Source: a bacterium
GTDB lineage: Bacteria > SAR324 > NAC60-12
Direction: 5' to 3'
DNA length: 64,000 nt
Assembly: GCA_965233585.1 (NCBI GenBank)
Contig: CBDDTI010000746.1
Span: 352,001 to 416,000, forward strand
The notes below the pieces were generated by a model. The model saw only the letters and a list, made by a program, of their open reading frames with translations, ran no database searches and was not told the DNA's origin. A program made the translations under genes and the position numbers. This document shows, one piece after another, positions 39,710-48,734 of this stretch (within the stretch, counting starts at the first letter, position 1; each line of letters begins with the position of its first letter).

Positions 39710-39775
39710 GTCATTCCCTGCTTGATGCAGAATGACAGAGAGTGTTTGAGATTCCGCATCAGGCACTCAAATGAC
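39710..39775. repeat. Degenerate inverted REP-like pair
   Basis: GTCATTCCCTGCTTGATGCAGAATGAC ... GAGATTCCGCATCAGGCACTCAAATGAC. Confidence 0.7.
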
Positions 39776-39898
39776 AAGAGGACAGTGTCTTGCTATTGAG
39801 ACCTGTTTGACGATAGGAAGCGAACCGATTGCCAAATGGTCAATTCGCATGGTAAACTGACAACGTTTGTTTAAATTCCTTCATCTTATGAGGCATTG

Positions 39899-40234
39899 AT
39901 GCCAAAGCCTTCTGTTGTCTATCGTGTGACATTTGTGAATGACGGCAAAGTGTACGAAATCTATGCACGTTCTCTTTACCAAGCAGATTTGTTTGGATTC
40001 ATTGAGGTCAAAGATTTTCTGTTTGGTGAAAAATCAGAGTTATTGATTGACCCAAATGAGGAGAAGCTCAAAACAGAATTTAGCGGAGTTGAAAAATCTT
40101 ATATCCCTTTGCACTCTGTGATTAGAATTGATGTTGTCAAGAAGCAAGGAAAGGCAAAATTAATCCCGCTGCCTACCAAGAAAGAAGAAGGAATCAAAGC
40201 ACCGATTTATGTCAAAACTCCCTCACAAGACTAA
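39899..40234 (+). CDS. DUF1820-family protein
   Basis: YRVTFVNDGKVYEIYA, FGFIEV, IDPNEEKLKTEF, SYIPLHSVIRID. Confidence 0.8.
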   Translation: MPKPSVVYRVTFVNDGKVYEIYARSLYQADLFGFIEVKDFLFGEKSELLIDPNEEKLKTEFSGVEKSYIPLHSVIRIDVVKKQGKAKLIPLPTKKEEGIKAPIYVKTPSQD

Positions 40235-40249
40235 CCAACCTTTTCAGTT

Positions 40250-41515
40250 ATGATAGACCTCAAATATCTCCGAAACCATTTAGATGAAGCGAAAATCAAC
40301 TGCCAACGGCGCCATAGCCAAGCAGACCCAGAACAGTTACTTGTCATTGATGAAGCTGTCCGCAAGATTAAAAGCGAGCTTGATGAGCTGAGGTGTCAGA
40401 GAAATGAAATCAATACCAAAATGAAAACTCCACTTTCTGAGGAGGAACGTGGGCTTTTGGTGACAAAGTCCAGAAAGATGAAGGACCAAGAACAGGCTCT
40501 TGAACAAAACTATGCAAAAACCTTTCATCAAAGGCAAGAGTTGTGGCAAGCTGTTCCGAATTGGACACACCCTGAAAGCCCTGATGGTAAAGATGACACT
40601 GCTAACTGTGTTTTGAAAGAAGTTGGCAAAAAGCCTCAATTTGATTTTGCCCCGCAAGACCATATGACTTTGATGAAAAAACTAGACTGGCTTGATTTTG
40701 AAAGTGGTGCGAAAGTAGCAGGAAATAAATTTTATTACCTCAAAAATGATGCCGTGTTCTTGGAGATTGCATTAGTCCAATTTGCGATGCAATTACTGAC
40801 GCAAAAGGGCTTCGTGCCTTTTATAACTCCAGACCTTGCAAGGTCTGAAATTGTGGAAGGATTAGGCTTTCAACCGAGAGGAAACGAAACACAAATCTAT
40901 TCCATTGAAGATTCTGATTTGTGTTTGGTCGCTACTTCTGAAATTACACTGGCAGGACGCCTTAAAGATGAATTGCTACACGAAAGCGATTTGCCACTTA
41001 AACATGCAGGGTTTTCTCATTGTTTTCGCACAGAATCAGGGTCAGCAGGCAGAGAATCTAGGGGGCTGTTCCGTGTTCACCAATTTTCTAAAGTAGAGAT
41101 GTTTATCTTCGCAAAGCCTGAAGATTCAGACATGATGCACCAAGAATTATTGGAGATAGAGGAAGAGATTTACCAGAAGTTAGAGCTTCCCTACCGTGTG
41201 GTTGATGTGTGCTGTGGTGATTTAGGCGCCCCTGCTTATCGCAAATATGATTTAGAGGCGTGGATGCCCGGACGCAATGAGTGGGGAGAAATTACATCTG
41301 CTTCCAACTGTACCGACTATCAGTCAAGACGTTTGAACATTCGCTACAAAGACGCTCAAGGGCATAACCATTTTGTTCATCTACTCAATGGAACTGCGAT
41401 TGCTGTTTCAAGGGTTTTAGTGGCACTGATTGAAAACAACCAGAAAGCAGATGGCTCAATTTCCATTCCCCCTTCTTTGATTCCATTCATGCCTCAACTT
41501 GAAAAAACGATATAA
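40250..41515 (+). CDS. serS: Serine--tRNA ligase
   Basis: N-terminal coiled coil, ATSEI, CFRTESG, RVHQFSKVE, SASNCTDYQSRR, LNGTA. Confidence 0.97.
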   Translation: MIDLKYLRNHLDEAKINCQRRHSQADPEQLLVIDEAVRKIKSELDELRCQRNEINTKMKTPLSEEERGLLVTKSRKMKDQEQALEQNYAKTFHQRQELWQAVPNWTHPESPDGKDDTANCVLKEVGKKPQFDFAPQDHMTLMKKLDWLDFESGAKVAGNKFYYLKNDAVFLEIALVQFAMQLLTQKGFVPFITPDLARSEIVEGLGFQPRGNETQIYSIEDSDLCLVATSEITLAGRLKDELLHESDLPLKHAGFSHCFRTESGSAGRESRGLFRVHQFSKVEMFIFAKPEDSDMMHQELLEIEEEIYQKLELPYRVVDVCCGDLGAPAYRKYDLEAWMPGRNEWGEITSASNCTDYQSRRLNIRYKDAQGHNHFVHLLNGTAIAVSRVLVALIENNQKADGSISIPPSLIPFMPQLEKTI

Positions 41516-41524
41516 ACCGATGAT

Positions 41525-43228
41525 ATGAGTTATTGTCAAGAACTTCTCAATTTGTTGGTTGACAAATACACAGTTGACCATGCCAAAATCAATCCTCAAC
41601 GGCAAGAATTAGAAAGCCAACGAGACTTGACAGAACTCAAAGAGCTTTTGGTCAACTCCAAAGCCTTAACTGATGACACGTTTCAAAGAGCTGTTTCAGA
41701 ATTCTTTCAGCTAGACTACCTCCCTTCTCTTTCTGCAACTGAATTTACCAACGATTTCAGCAACAAGATTCCTTTGCGTTATGCCAAACGGTATATGTTC
41801 TTTCCCCTAAAAATTGATGAGTCTCATATTGAGCTTGCTGTTGAAAATCCCTGTTTTTTTGAGGCAATAGACGACATCAGTAGGCAGTTTCAAAAAAAAC
41901 CGCTTCTCTACATTTCCAACCGTCAGTCTATCTTAGACCTCATCAATCAGGCATATGAACGAAAAGACACGCACAAAGAATCTATTGCCAATTTAGATGC
42001 CACAGAGACAACCACTGTGAACTTTGAAGAAGTGGAAGATTTGCTTGAATCCACTGACGAAGAGCCAGTCAAAAGGTTGGTCAATAACATTTTATGGAAG
42101 GCGGCAAGAGAAGAAGCCAGCGACATTCACCTCACACCAAATGCCAAAGAAACCACTGTTCGTTACAGAATTGATGGAATCTTGTATCAAGAACTCACTG
42201 TGCCTAAATCTGCACACATGATGGTTGTCAACAGAATTAAGGTCATGTCCAAGCTGGATATTGCCCAAAAAAGCATGCCACAAGATGGTCGGACAATGGT
42301 CATTATTGCGGGAAAAAAGATTGACATTCGTGTCTCCACTGTCCCCACAGTGAATGGAGAAACGATTGTCTTGCGTCTGTTGTATCAAAATGAAGAAGCG
42401 CGTTCGCTGTCCGACATTGGTTTGCAACCCCTCATCTTTGAGCGATTTACCAAAATGGTTGAGTCCACAGGCGGAATGATTTTAGTTACTGGTCCCACAG
42501 GAAGTGGAAAGACCACAACACTTTATGCAGGTTTAGCCAGCTTAGACTCTGATACCAATAACATCATTACAGTAGAAGACCCTGTTGAATATCGCTTGCC
42601 GGGTTATTCACAAATTGAAGTACACACCAAAGCAGGTTTAACCTTTGCTGCTGCTTTGCGTTCTGTTTTAAGGCAAGACCCTGACATCATCATGGTTGGT
42701 GAAATGCGGGACCGCGAAACTGCCGAAATCGCTGTCCAGTCTGCATTGACAGGGCATTTGGTGTTTAGTACAGTCCACACTAACAATGCAGCTGCAACCA
42801 TTACAAGACTGATTGACATGGGAATTGAACCCTTCTTAGCCGCATCAACCATCATCGGAATCCTTGCCCAAAGACTAGTCAGGCAAATTTGTGCAGACTG
42901 CAAGACGACCTATGAACCCACTGAAGAAGAACTCATGGAAGTTGGATTGACACATGAAGATTTGAAACAAAATCAAGGGATGCTGTTTCATGGAAAAGGC
43001 TGTGAAACTTGTCGTAATACAGGGTTCAAAGGCAGGCTGGGAATCCATGAGCTACTGACGATGAGCAACGGCTTGAGAAGGCAGATTGTCCATTCCAACG
43101 ATGAGAATTTTTTAAGAAACATTGCACTTGATGAAGGTATGATCTCTTTGCGAATGGACGGAGCATATAAAATTGTGCAAGGTTTAACTACTATTGAAGA
43201 AATTGTATCTATCACACGAGAAAAATGA
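41525..43228 (+). CDS. GspE/PilB-family secretion ATPase
   Basis: ASDIH, PQDGR, GPTGSGKTT, EDPVE, LRQDPD.IMVGEMRD, TGHLVFSTVH, tetracysteine motif. Confidence 0.9.
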   Translation: MSYCQELLNLLVDKYTVDHAKINPQRQELESQRDLTELKELLVNSKALTDDTFQRAVSEFFQLDYLPSLSATEFTNDFSNKIPLRYAKRYMFFPLKIDESHIELAVENPCFFEAIDDISRQFQKKPLLYISNRQSILDLINQAYERKDTHKESIANLDATETTTVNFEEVEDLLESTDEEPVKRLVNNILWKAAREEASDIHLTPNAKETTVRYRIDGILYQELTVPKSAHMMVVNRIKVMSKLDIAQKSMPQDGRTMVIIAGKKIDIRVSTVPTVNGETIVLRLLYQNEEARSLSDIGLQPLIFERFTKMVESTGGMILVTGPTGSGKTTTLYAGLASLDSDTNNIITVEDPVEYRLPGYSQIEVHTKAGLTFAAALRSVLRQDPDIIMVGEMRDRETAEIAVQSALTGHLVFSTVHTNNAAATITRLIDMGIEPFLAASTIIGILAQRLVRQICADCKTTYEPTEEELMEVGLTHEDLKQNQGMLFHGKGCETCRNTGFKGRLGIHELLTMSNGLRRQIVHSNDENFLRNIALDEGMISLRMDGAYKIVQGLTTIEEIVSITREK

Positions 43229-44478
43229 GTACAGTCAGAAACTTTTTTGCCCGTCATTCCAACGGATATTATGGGCAATATGGCGGAGCATTTGTTCCTG
43301 AAATTCTTAAAAGCACCTTAGATGAATTGACTGCCGCTTTTGAGGAAGCCTATCAAGACCCATCATTTTGGCAAGAATACTGCGACATTTTACAAAGCTA
43401 TTCTTGCAGACCAACTCCCATCACTCCTTTGACGAACCTTTCTCAAAAGCTGGGAGGTGCAGACATTTATTGTAAACGTGAAGACTTGAATCAAACGGGT
43501 GCGCACAAGATCAATAACGTCATAGGACAAGGTCTATTGACTAAGAGAATGGGCAAGACCAGAGTCATTGCAGAAACAGGAGCAGGACAGCATGGTGTGG
43601 CAATGGCAACGATGGCAGCAAGGCTTGGTTTGGAATGCACCATTTACATGGGGGCTAAAGATGTTATTCGGCAGAGACCCAATGTTTTTTGGATGGAGCA
43701 ACTCGGAGCTTCTGTTGTGAGCGTTTCTGATGGAAGTGCCACGCTCAAAGATGCCATCAATGAATCCATGAGAGACTGGACTCAATCCATGAACACAACC
43801 CATTATGTGTTAGGCACAGCCTGCGGACCTCACCCTTTTCCCCAAATGGTTTCGTGGTTTCAGTCTATCGTTGGACAAGAAAGTTTTGCACAAATGAAAG
43901 AACTGACGAATCAAGCACCTGATGCTATTTATGCTTGTGTTGGAGGGGGTTCAAATGCGTTGGGTATGTTTCTGCCATTTTTAGATGAACCATCAGAATT
44001 GGTGGGAGTAGAAGCAGGAGGGCATGGAATTGCTTCAGGTCAGCATGCGGCAAGAATGTCTGGCGGAAGTGTTGGCATTGCACAAGGTTACAAAACCTAT
44101 TTCCTTCAGAATCAAGAGGGACAAATGAACTCCACCCATTCCATTTCCGCAGGTTTGGACTATGTGGGAATCAGCCCTATCCTAAGCTGTTTACACGATA
44201 CAAGACGAGTACGTTTCATTCATGCCAAAGATGAGGACACTATAGCCGCAACAAAATTGCTTATTGAAACTGAAGGCATCATTCCAGCCCTTGAAAGCGC
44301 ACATGCCTTTGTCCCTGCCATTCAAGAAGCCCCTCACGCTAAAGGTCAAACCTTCCTAATCAACTTGTCAGGAAGGGGAGACAAAGACATCTTCAATGTT
44401 GCCAATGCCATGCAAGATGAAAAGTGGAAGGAGTTTATCTGCCAACAAGCCAAAGAATTTGCATCAGTCTCACTTTGA
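43225..44478 (+). CDS. trpB: Tryptophan synthase beta chain
   Basis: KREDLNQTGAHKINN, AETGAGQHG, GGGSN, HSISAGLDY, NLSGRGDKD. Confidence 0.95.
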   Translation: MSTVRNFFARHSNGYYGQYGGAFVPEILKSTLDELTAAFEEAYQDPSFWQEYCDILQSYSCRPTPITPLTNLSQKLGGADIYCKREDLNQTGAHKINNVIGQGLLTKRMGKTRVIAETGAGQHGVAMATMAARLGLECTIYMGAKDVIRQRPNVFWMEQLGASVVSVSDGSATLKDAINESMRDWTQSMNTTHYVLGTACGPHPFPQMVSWFQSIVGQESFAQMKELTNQAPDAIYACVGGGSNALGMFLPFLDEPSELVGVEAGGHGIASGQHAARMSGGSVGIAQGYKTYFLQNQEGQMNSTHSISAGLDYVGISPILSCLHDTRRVRFIHAKDEDTIAATKLLIETEGIIPALESAHAFVPAIQEAPHAKGQTFLINLSGRGDKDIFNVANAMQDEKWKEFICQQAKEFASVSL

Positions 44479-44697
44479 CAGAGTCTTTAATCTTTTGGAA
44501 AGCACAAAATGCTTGACAACCTCACGTTTATCATTCACACTACCCAACCAATTCAGAGTGAATTTTTGAGTTGCTTGCTAGTATTCTTTTTTCTTTTGAA
44601 TTGAGAATGCTGATTCTGCAAGGATTGGATTGCTAAAGAATCTTAGTCGCCCAAGCCTTGTTCTTTTTATCAACCTTATTATTTTGGAGATATTTTA

Positions 44698-45941
44698 TGA
44701 TGAAAAAAATAGTGAAAAGAAGTCTTGGAACAGCTTTGGCTGTTGGAATGAGCTTGTCAGCAAATTTGGCGTTTGGTGGTAAGTTGGTGATTAATTCAGA
44801 TACGTCAGACCCTGCCCCTAAAAAGGCGATGCAATACCTTGTGAGTGAGTTTGAAAAAGCTCACCCTGACATTGAAGTCAAATGGAATGTGTTTGACCAT
44901 GAAGGGTTTAAAACTTCTATCAGAAACTTTTTAAGTGCTGATGCACCAGACATTGTGACTTGGTATGCAGGAAACCGAATGTTACCTTTTGTCAAAGCAG
45001 AATTGTTTGCACCGATTGACGATGTTTGGGACAAAAACAATTTTCACGAATTGCTAGCTTCTTCTGCAGATTCTTCTACTGTCAATGGTAAAAAGTATGC
45101 TGTGCCTTATTCTTACTATCAATGGGGAGTTTATTATCGCAAGGATATTTTCAATAAGCACAACATTCCAGTACCTAAAACTTGGGCAGATTTTATCCAA
45201 GCAGGTGAAGTCTTAAAAAGTAAGGGTATTACACCAATTACGATTGGAACAAAATTTTTGTGGACAGCCGCAGGTGTCTTTGACTACATCAATTTGAGAA
45301 CTAATGGTTATGAATTTCACATGGACTTAACCAATGGGAAAGTAGCTTGGACTGACAAACGTGTGAAAGACACGATGAACAACTGGAAAGAATTGATTGA
45401 TAGAGAGTTTTTTATCAAAAACCACACAACTTACAGTTGGCAAGAAGCTCTTTCTCCAATGGTCAAAGGAGAAGCAGCAATGTATGTGATGGGTAATTTT
45501 GCTGTTGCCCCTTTAAGAGAAGCTGGCTTGAATGACGACCAAATCGGGTTTTTTCAATTCCCCATCATCAACGGAAAAGTTTCATTGGCAGAGGAAGCAC
45601 CTACCGAAACGATGCACATGCCTATGCGTGCTAAAAACAAAGAAGAAGCTAGAAAGTTCCTTGCTTTTCTGGGACGTGCTGAAGTTCAAGCTGGAATGAA
45701 TCAAATTTTAGGGCAACTGCCTATCAATAAAAATTCAGAAGTCGCTGATGACCCATTCATCAAAGCTGGCTTTCAAATGCTTTCCAACACCAAAGGAGGG
45801 ATTGCACAGTTTTTTGACCGTGATGCCCCTGCTAATATGGCAAAACCTGCAATGGAAGGGTTTCAACAATTTATGGTCAAACCTGAAAGAGTGGACGGCA
45901 TTTTGAAAAAATTAGACAAAGCCCGCAAACGAGTTTATTGA
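44698..45941 (+). CDS. Sugar ABC transporter substrate-binding protein
   Basis: Signal peptide; extracellular solute-binding family 1 features; followed by two permeases; ATG after GGAGA. Confidence 0.9.
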
Positions 45942-45961
45942 TTGTTGGATTTCGTTTCAAT

Positions 45962-46001
45962 AAGGCAACCTTCAAAGCCTTTGACCTTTGGAGGTTGCCT
46001 T
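45962..46001 (+). terminator. Intergenic stem-loop after the SBP gene (partial terminator or mRNA stabiliser)
   Basis: AAGGCAACCTTCAAAG...CTTTGGAGGTTGCCTT. Confidence 0.65.
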
Positions 46002-46023
46002 CTAATCATAGTTATCAACTCCT

Positions 46024-46914
46024 ATGCTCTCCTCCTCCTTTTTCAGGAAAAACCGCCTAAAAATATCTCCATGGCTCTTTCTAGCCCCTGCCTGTTTGAT
46101 GTTTTTGGCTTACGTGATTTTTCCCATTTTTGAATCTATCACAATCTCTTTTTACAAATGGGACGGTTTAGGTGAAAAAACGTATATTGGGCTGTCAAAT
46201 TACGTAGAATTGTTTGAAGATGAAGATTTTTATACTTCACTCAAAAACAATGTCATCTGGCTTGTTCTCTTCCTACTCGCTCCCCCTCTTGGCTTGTTCA
46301 TCGCCTTATTTTTAAACCAAAATGTTTATGGGATTCGGTTTTACAAATCTTTGTTTTTCTTCCCTTTTGTGATTTCTCAAGTTGTAGTGGGATTGGTGTT
46401 TTCGTGGTTTTATGACCCATCTAACGGCATCTTGAATTTGATTTTAAATGCTTTAGGATTTGAGACTATTTCTATTTTGGGTAATGAAGACTTGGTAACT
46501 TATGGAATTGTTGCGGCTGGTCTTTGGCCCCAAATTGCTTATTGCATGATTCTTTATCTCACAGGGTTAAATGCTGTCAATCCTGAACAAATAGAGGCGG
46601 GTAGATTAGATAATGCAAAGGGTTGGAGAATGCTTTGGTACATTATCCTGCCCCAGCTCAAACCTGCAACTTTCATCGCAGTTGTTGTCACAGTGATTGG
46701 TGCTTTAAGGTCTTTTGATTTAATTTCTATTATGACCGATGGTGGACCTTGGGGGTCTAGTCGGGTCTTGGCTTTTTTCATGTATGAACAAGCCTTGTCA
46801 GAATATGGATTCCGTATGGGATATGGCGCTGCAATCGCCGTCATTCTCTTCTTAATCATGTTGGTTTATATAGTTGGCTTCTTAGCTAAAATGTACCAAG
46901 ATGAAAAATCTTAA
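46024..46914 (+). CDS. Sugar ABC permease (MalF-like)
   Basis: 6 TM segments, EAGRLDNA (EAA loop), LRSFDL, GYGAA. Confidence 0.9.
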   Translation: MLSSSFFRKNRLKISPWLFLAPACLMFLAYVIFPIFESITISFYKWDGLGEKTYIGLSNYVELFEDEDFYTSLKNNVIWLVLFLLAPPLGLFIALFLNQNVYGIRFYKSLFFFPFVISQVVVGLVFSWFYDPSNGILNLILNALGFETISILGNEDLVTYGIVAAGLWPQIAYCMILYLTGLNAVNPEQIEAGRLDNAKGWRMLWYIILPQLKPATFIAVVVTVIGALRSFDLISIMTDGGPWGSSRVLAFFMYEQALSEYGFRMGYGAAIAVILFLIMLVYIVGFLAKMYQDEKS

Positions 46915-46947
46915 AAATATGCAGAATTAATCAATGCCTTTTTAAAT

Positions 46948-47799
46948 ATGTTCCCTACTCCCATTCAAAGAACCTCACTTTTCACACAAAAGACTTACAA
47001 AATTATTCTACCAATGACCTTGTTGATTTGGTTGCTTCCCTTGATTGCCGTCATGCTGACGTCTATTCGTTCATCGGGAGACATCATTTCAGGCAATTAT
47101 TGGGGGATTCCAACGACTTTCAACTTGGTTGAAAATTACACAGCAATTTTTGAAAGTACTCCGATTGGAAGGTACATACTCAATAGTTTTTATGTCACTA
47201 TCCCAACAGTTTTGGGGGCAGTGGCTCTTTCGTCTTTAAGTGGTTTTGCGTTGGGGGTGTATCGTTTTAAGGGCAATTTATTCATTTTCTTCATGTTTAT
47301 TGCAGGCAATTTTATTCCTTTCCAAATTTTGATGGTACCTGTCCGCGACATGAGTGTCAGTTTGGGATTGTATGACACCTTTGCTGGTTTGATTTTATTT
47401 CATATTGCGTTTCAAACAGGATTTTGCACTTTATTCATGCGTAATTTTATCAAGGCGTTACCTTTTGAATTGATAGAAGCGGCACGTGTTGAAGGTGTGA
47501 GTGAACTCAGGATTTTTGGGTTTATCGTATTGCCTTTGATGCGACCAGCCATCGCCGCTCTTTCTGTCTTGATTTTTACTTTTATTTGGAATGATTACTT
47601 CTGGGCAGTGACTTTGACTCAAGGTTCAGATACTCAACCGATTACTGCAGGTCTTCATTCTTTGAATGGGCAGTGGCTTGCAAATTGGCATTTAGTCTCT
47701 GCGGGTTCTATCGTTGCCGCATTGCCTCCTGTTTTAATGTTCTTCTTAATGCAAAAACATTTTATTGCAGGGCTGACTCTTGGAGCAGTGAAATCTTAA
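46948..47799 (+). CDS. Sugar ABC permease (MalG-like)
   Basis: ELIEAARVEG, WNDYFW, QKHFIAGLTLGAVK. Confidence 0.9.
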   Translation: MFPTPIQRTSLFTQKTYKIILPMTLLIWLLPLIAVMLTSIRSSGDIISGNYWGIPTTFNLVENYTAIFESTPIGRYILNSFYVTIPTVLGAVALSSLSGFALGVYRFKGNLFIFFMFIAGNFIPFQILMVPVRDMSVSLGLYDTFAGLILFHIAFQTGFCTLFMRNFIKALPFELIEAARVEGVSELRIFGFIVLPLMRPAIAALSVLIFTFIWNDYFWAVTLTQGSDTQPITAGLHSLNGQWLANWHLVSAGSIVAALPPVLMFFLMQKHFIAGLTLGAVKS

Positions 47800-47811
47800 A
47801 CTTTAAAAAAT

Positions 47812-47935
47812 ATGAAAAAATTTGGTCTTGTCCAACCACAACATCATCAAAAACACGTTCAGCAGTTCATGCGCCAAGGTGATCTTGATTTCCAAGACTT
47901 TCGCCATAGCTTTTATAAAAGTGTTGAAAATGGAC
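47812..47935 (+). pseudogene. Deleted remnant of a second GH42 beta-galactosidase copy
   Basis: MKKFGLVQPQ resembles the N-terminus (IKKYVPIQPQ) and QKHVQQFMRQGDLDFQDFRHSFYKSV matches internal 49612-49700 of the downstream gene. Confidence 0.75.
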
Positions 47936-48005
47936 ATTCACACATTTACAGTGTAAACCTTTTATATAATTATAATTTTCATAAAGATACAGAAAGGAAA
48001 ATCCT

Positions 48006-48563
48006 ATGTTTACATACCATGAAATAGATACGGCACCAGAAGAATCAAAGGCATTGATGGAAAAGTCTGCTGCTGCTTTTGGCAGAGTCCCCGACATGCA
48101 CAAAATCTTAGCCGAAGCCCCTGCAGCATATGAAGCCTATTTAACCACGATGGAGTTATTTGGCAACAAAAGTACTTTTACCCCCACGGAACAGCAAGTA
48201 GTGTTTATGACCATGAACTTTGAAAATAAGTGTCATTACTGCATACCCGGGCATACGGTATTGATGAAAATGCAAAATATATCTGACGATATTATTGAAG
48301 CATTGCGAGAAGGTACCCCCCTAGCCGATGCGAAACTGGAAGCCTTGCGGACATACACTAGGGAAATGTTTAACACCCGTGGTCGTATTGGTGAAGACGG
48401 ATTAAAAGCGTTTCTGGATGCAGGTTACACCCAACGGCAATCCTTGGAAGTGTTGGTGGGTATCGCTGCAAAAACAATTTCTAACTTCACCAATGCCCTT
48501 GCTGATACCCGCCTAAATGAGGTGGTATCAAAATACGCTTGGACACACCCAGACGACAGATAA
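48006..48563 (+). CDS. Carboxymuconolactone decarboxylase / AhpD-like protein
   Basis: IDTAPEES, ENKCHYC..GH, FLDAGY, KTISNFTN. Confidence 0.85.
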   Translation: MFTYHEIDTAPEESKALMEKSAAAFGRVPDMHKILAEAPAAYEAYLTTMELFGNKSTFTPTEQQVVFMTMNFENKCHYCIPGHTVLMKMQNISDDIIEALREGTPLADAKLEALRTYTREMFNTRGRIGEDGLKAFLDAGYTQRQSLEVLVGIAAKTISNFTNALADTRLNEVVSKYAWTHPDDR

Positions 48564-48580
48564 CATTTTAGTTATTTTTT

Positions 48581-48623
48581 ATAAAAAGCCTTATTTATGC
48601 ACATGACAAATAAGGCTTTTTAT
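48581..48623. terminator. Bidirectional intrinsic terminator
   Basis: ATAAAAAGCCTTATTT...AAATAAGGCTTTTTAT. Confidence 0.75.
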
Positions 48624-48734
48624 TTTTCAATAAGTTGAAATGACAACGCTATACCATTTTTACTGTTGTCAGTATGTGAATGAGTTGATATGACGGAAAA
48701 GATTGGTATGACAAAACAATAAAAAAGCCTTGAC

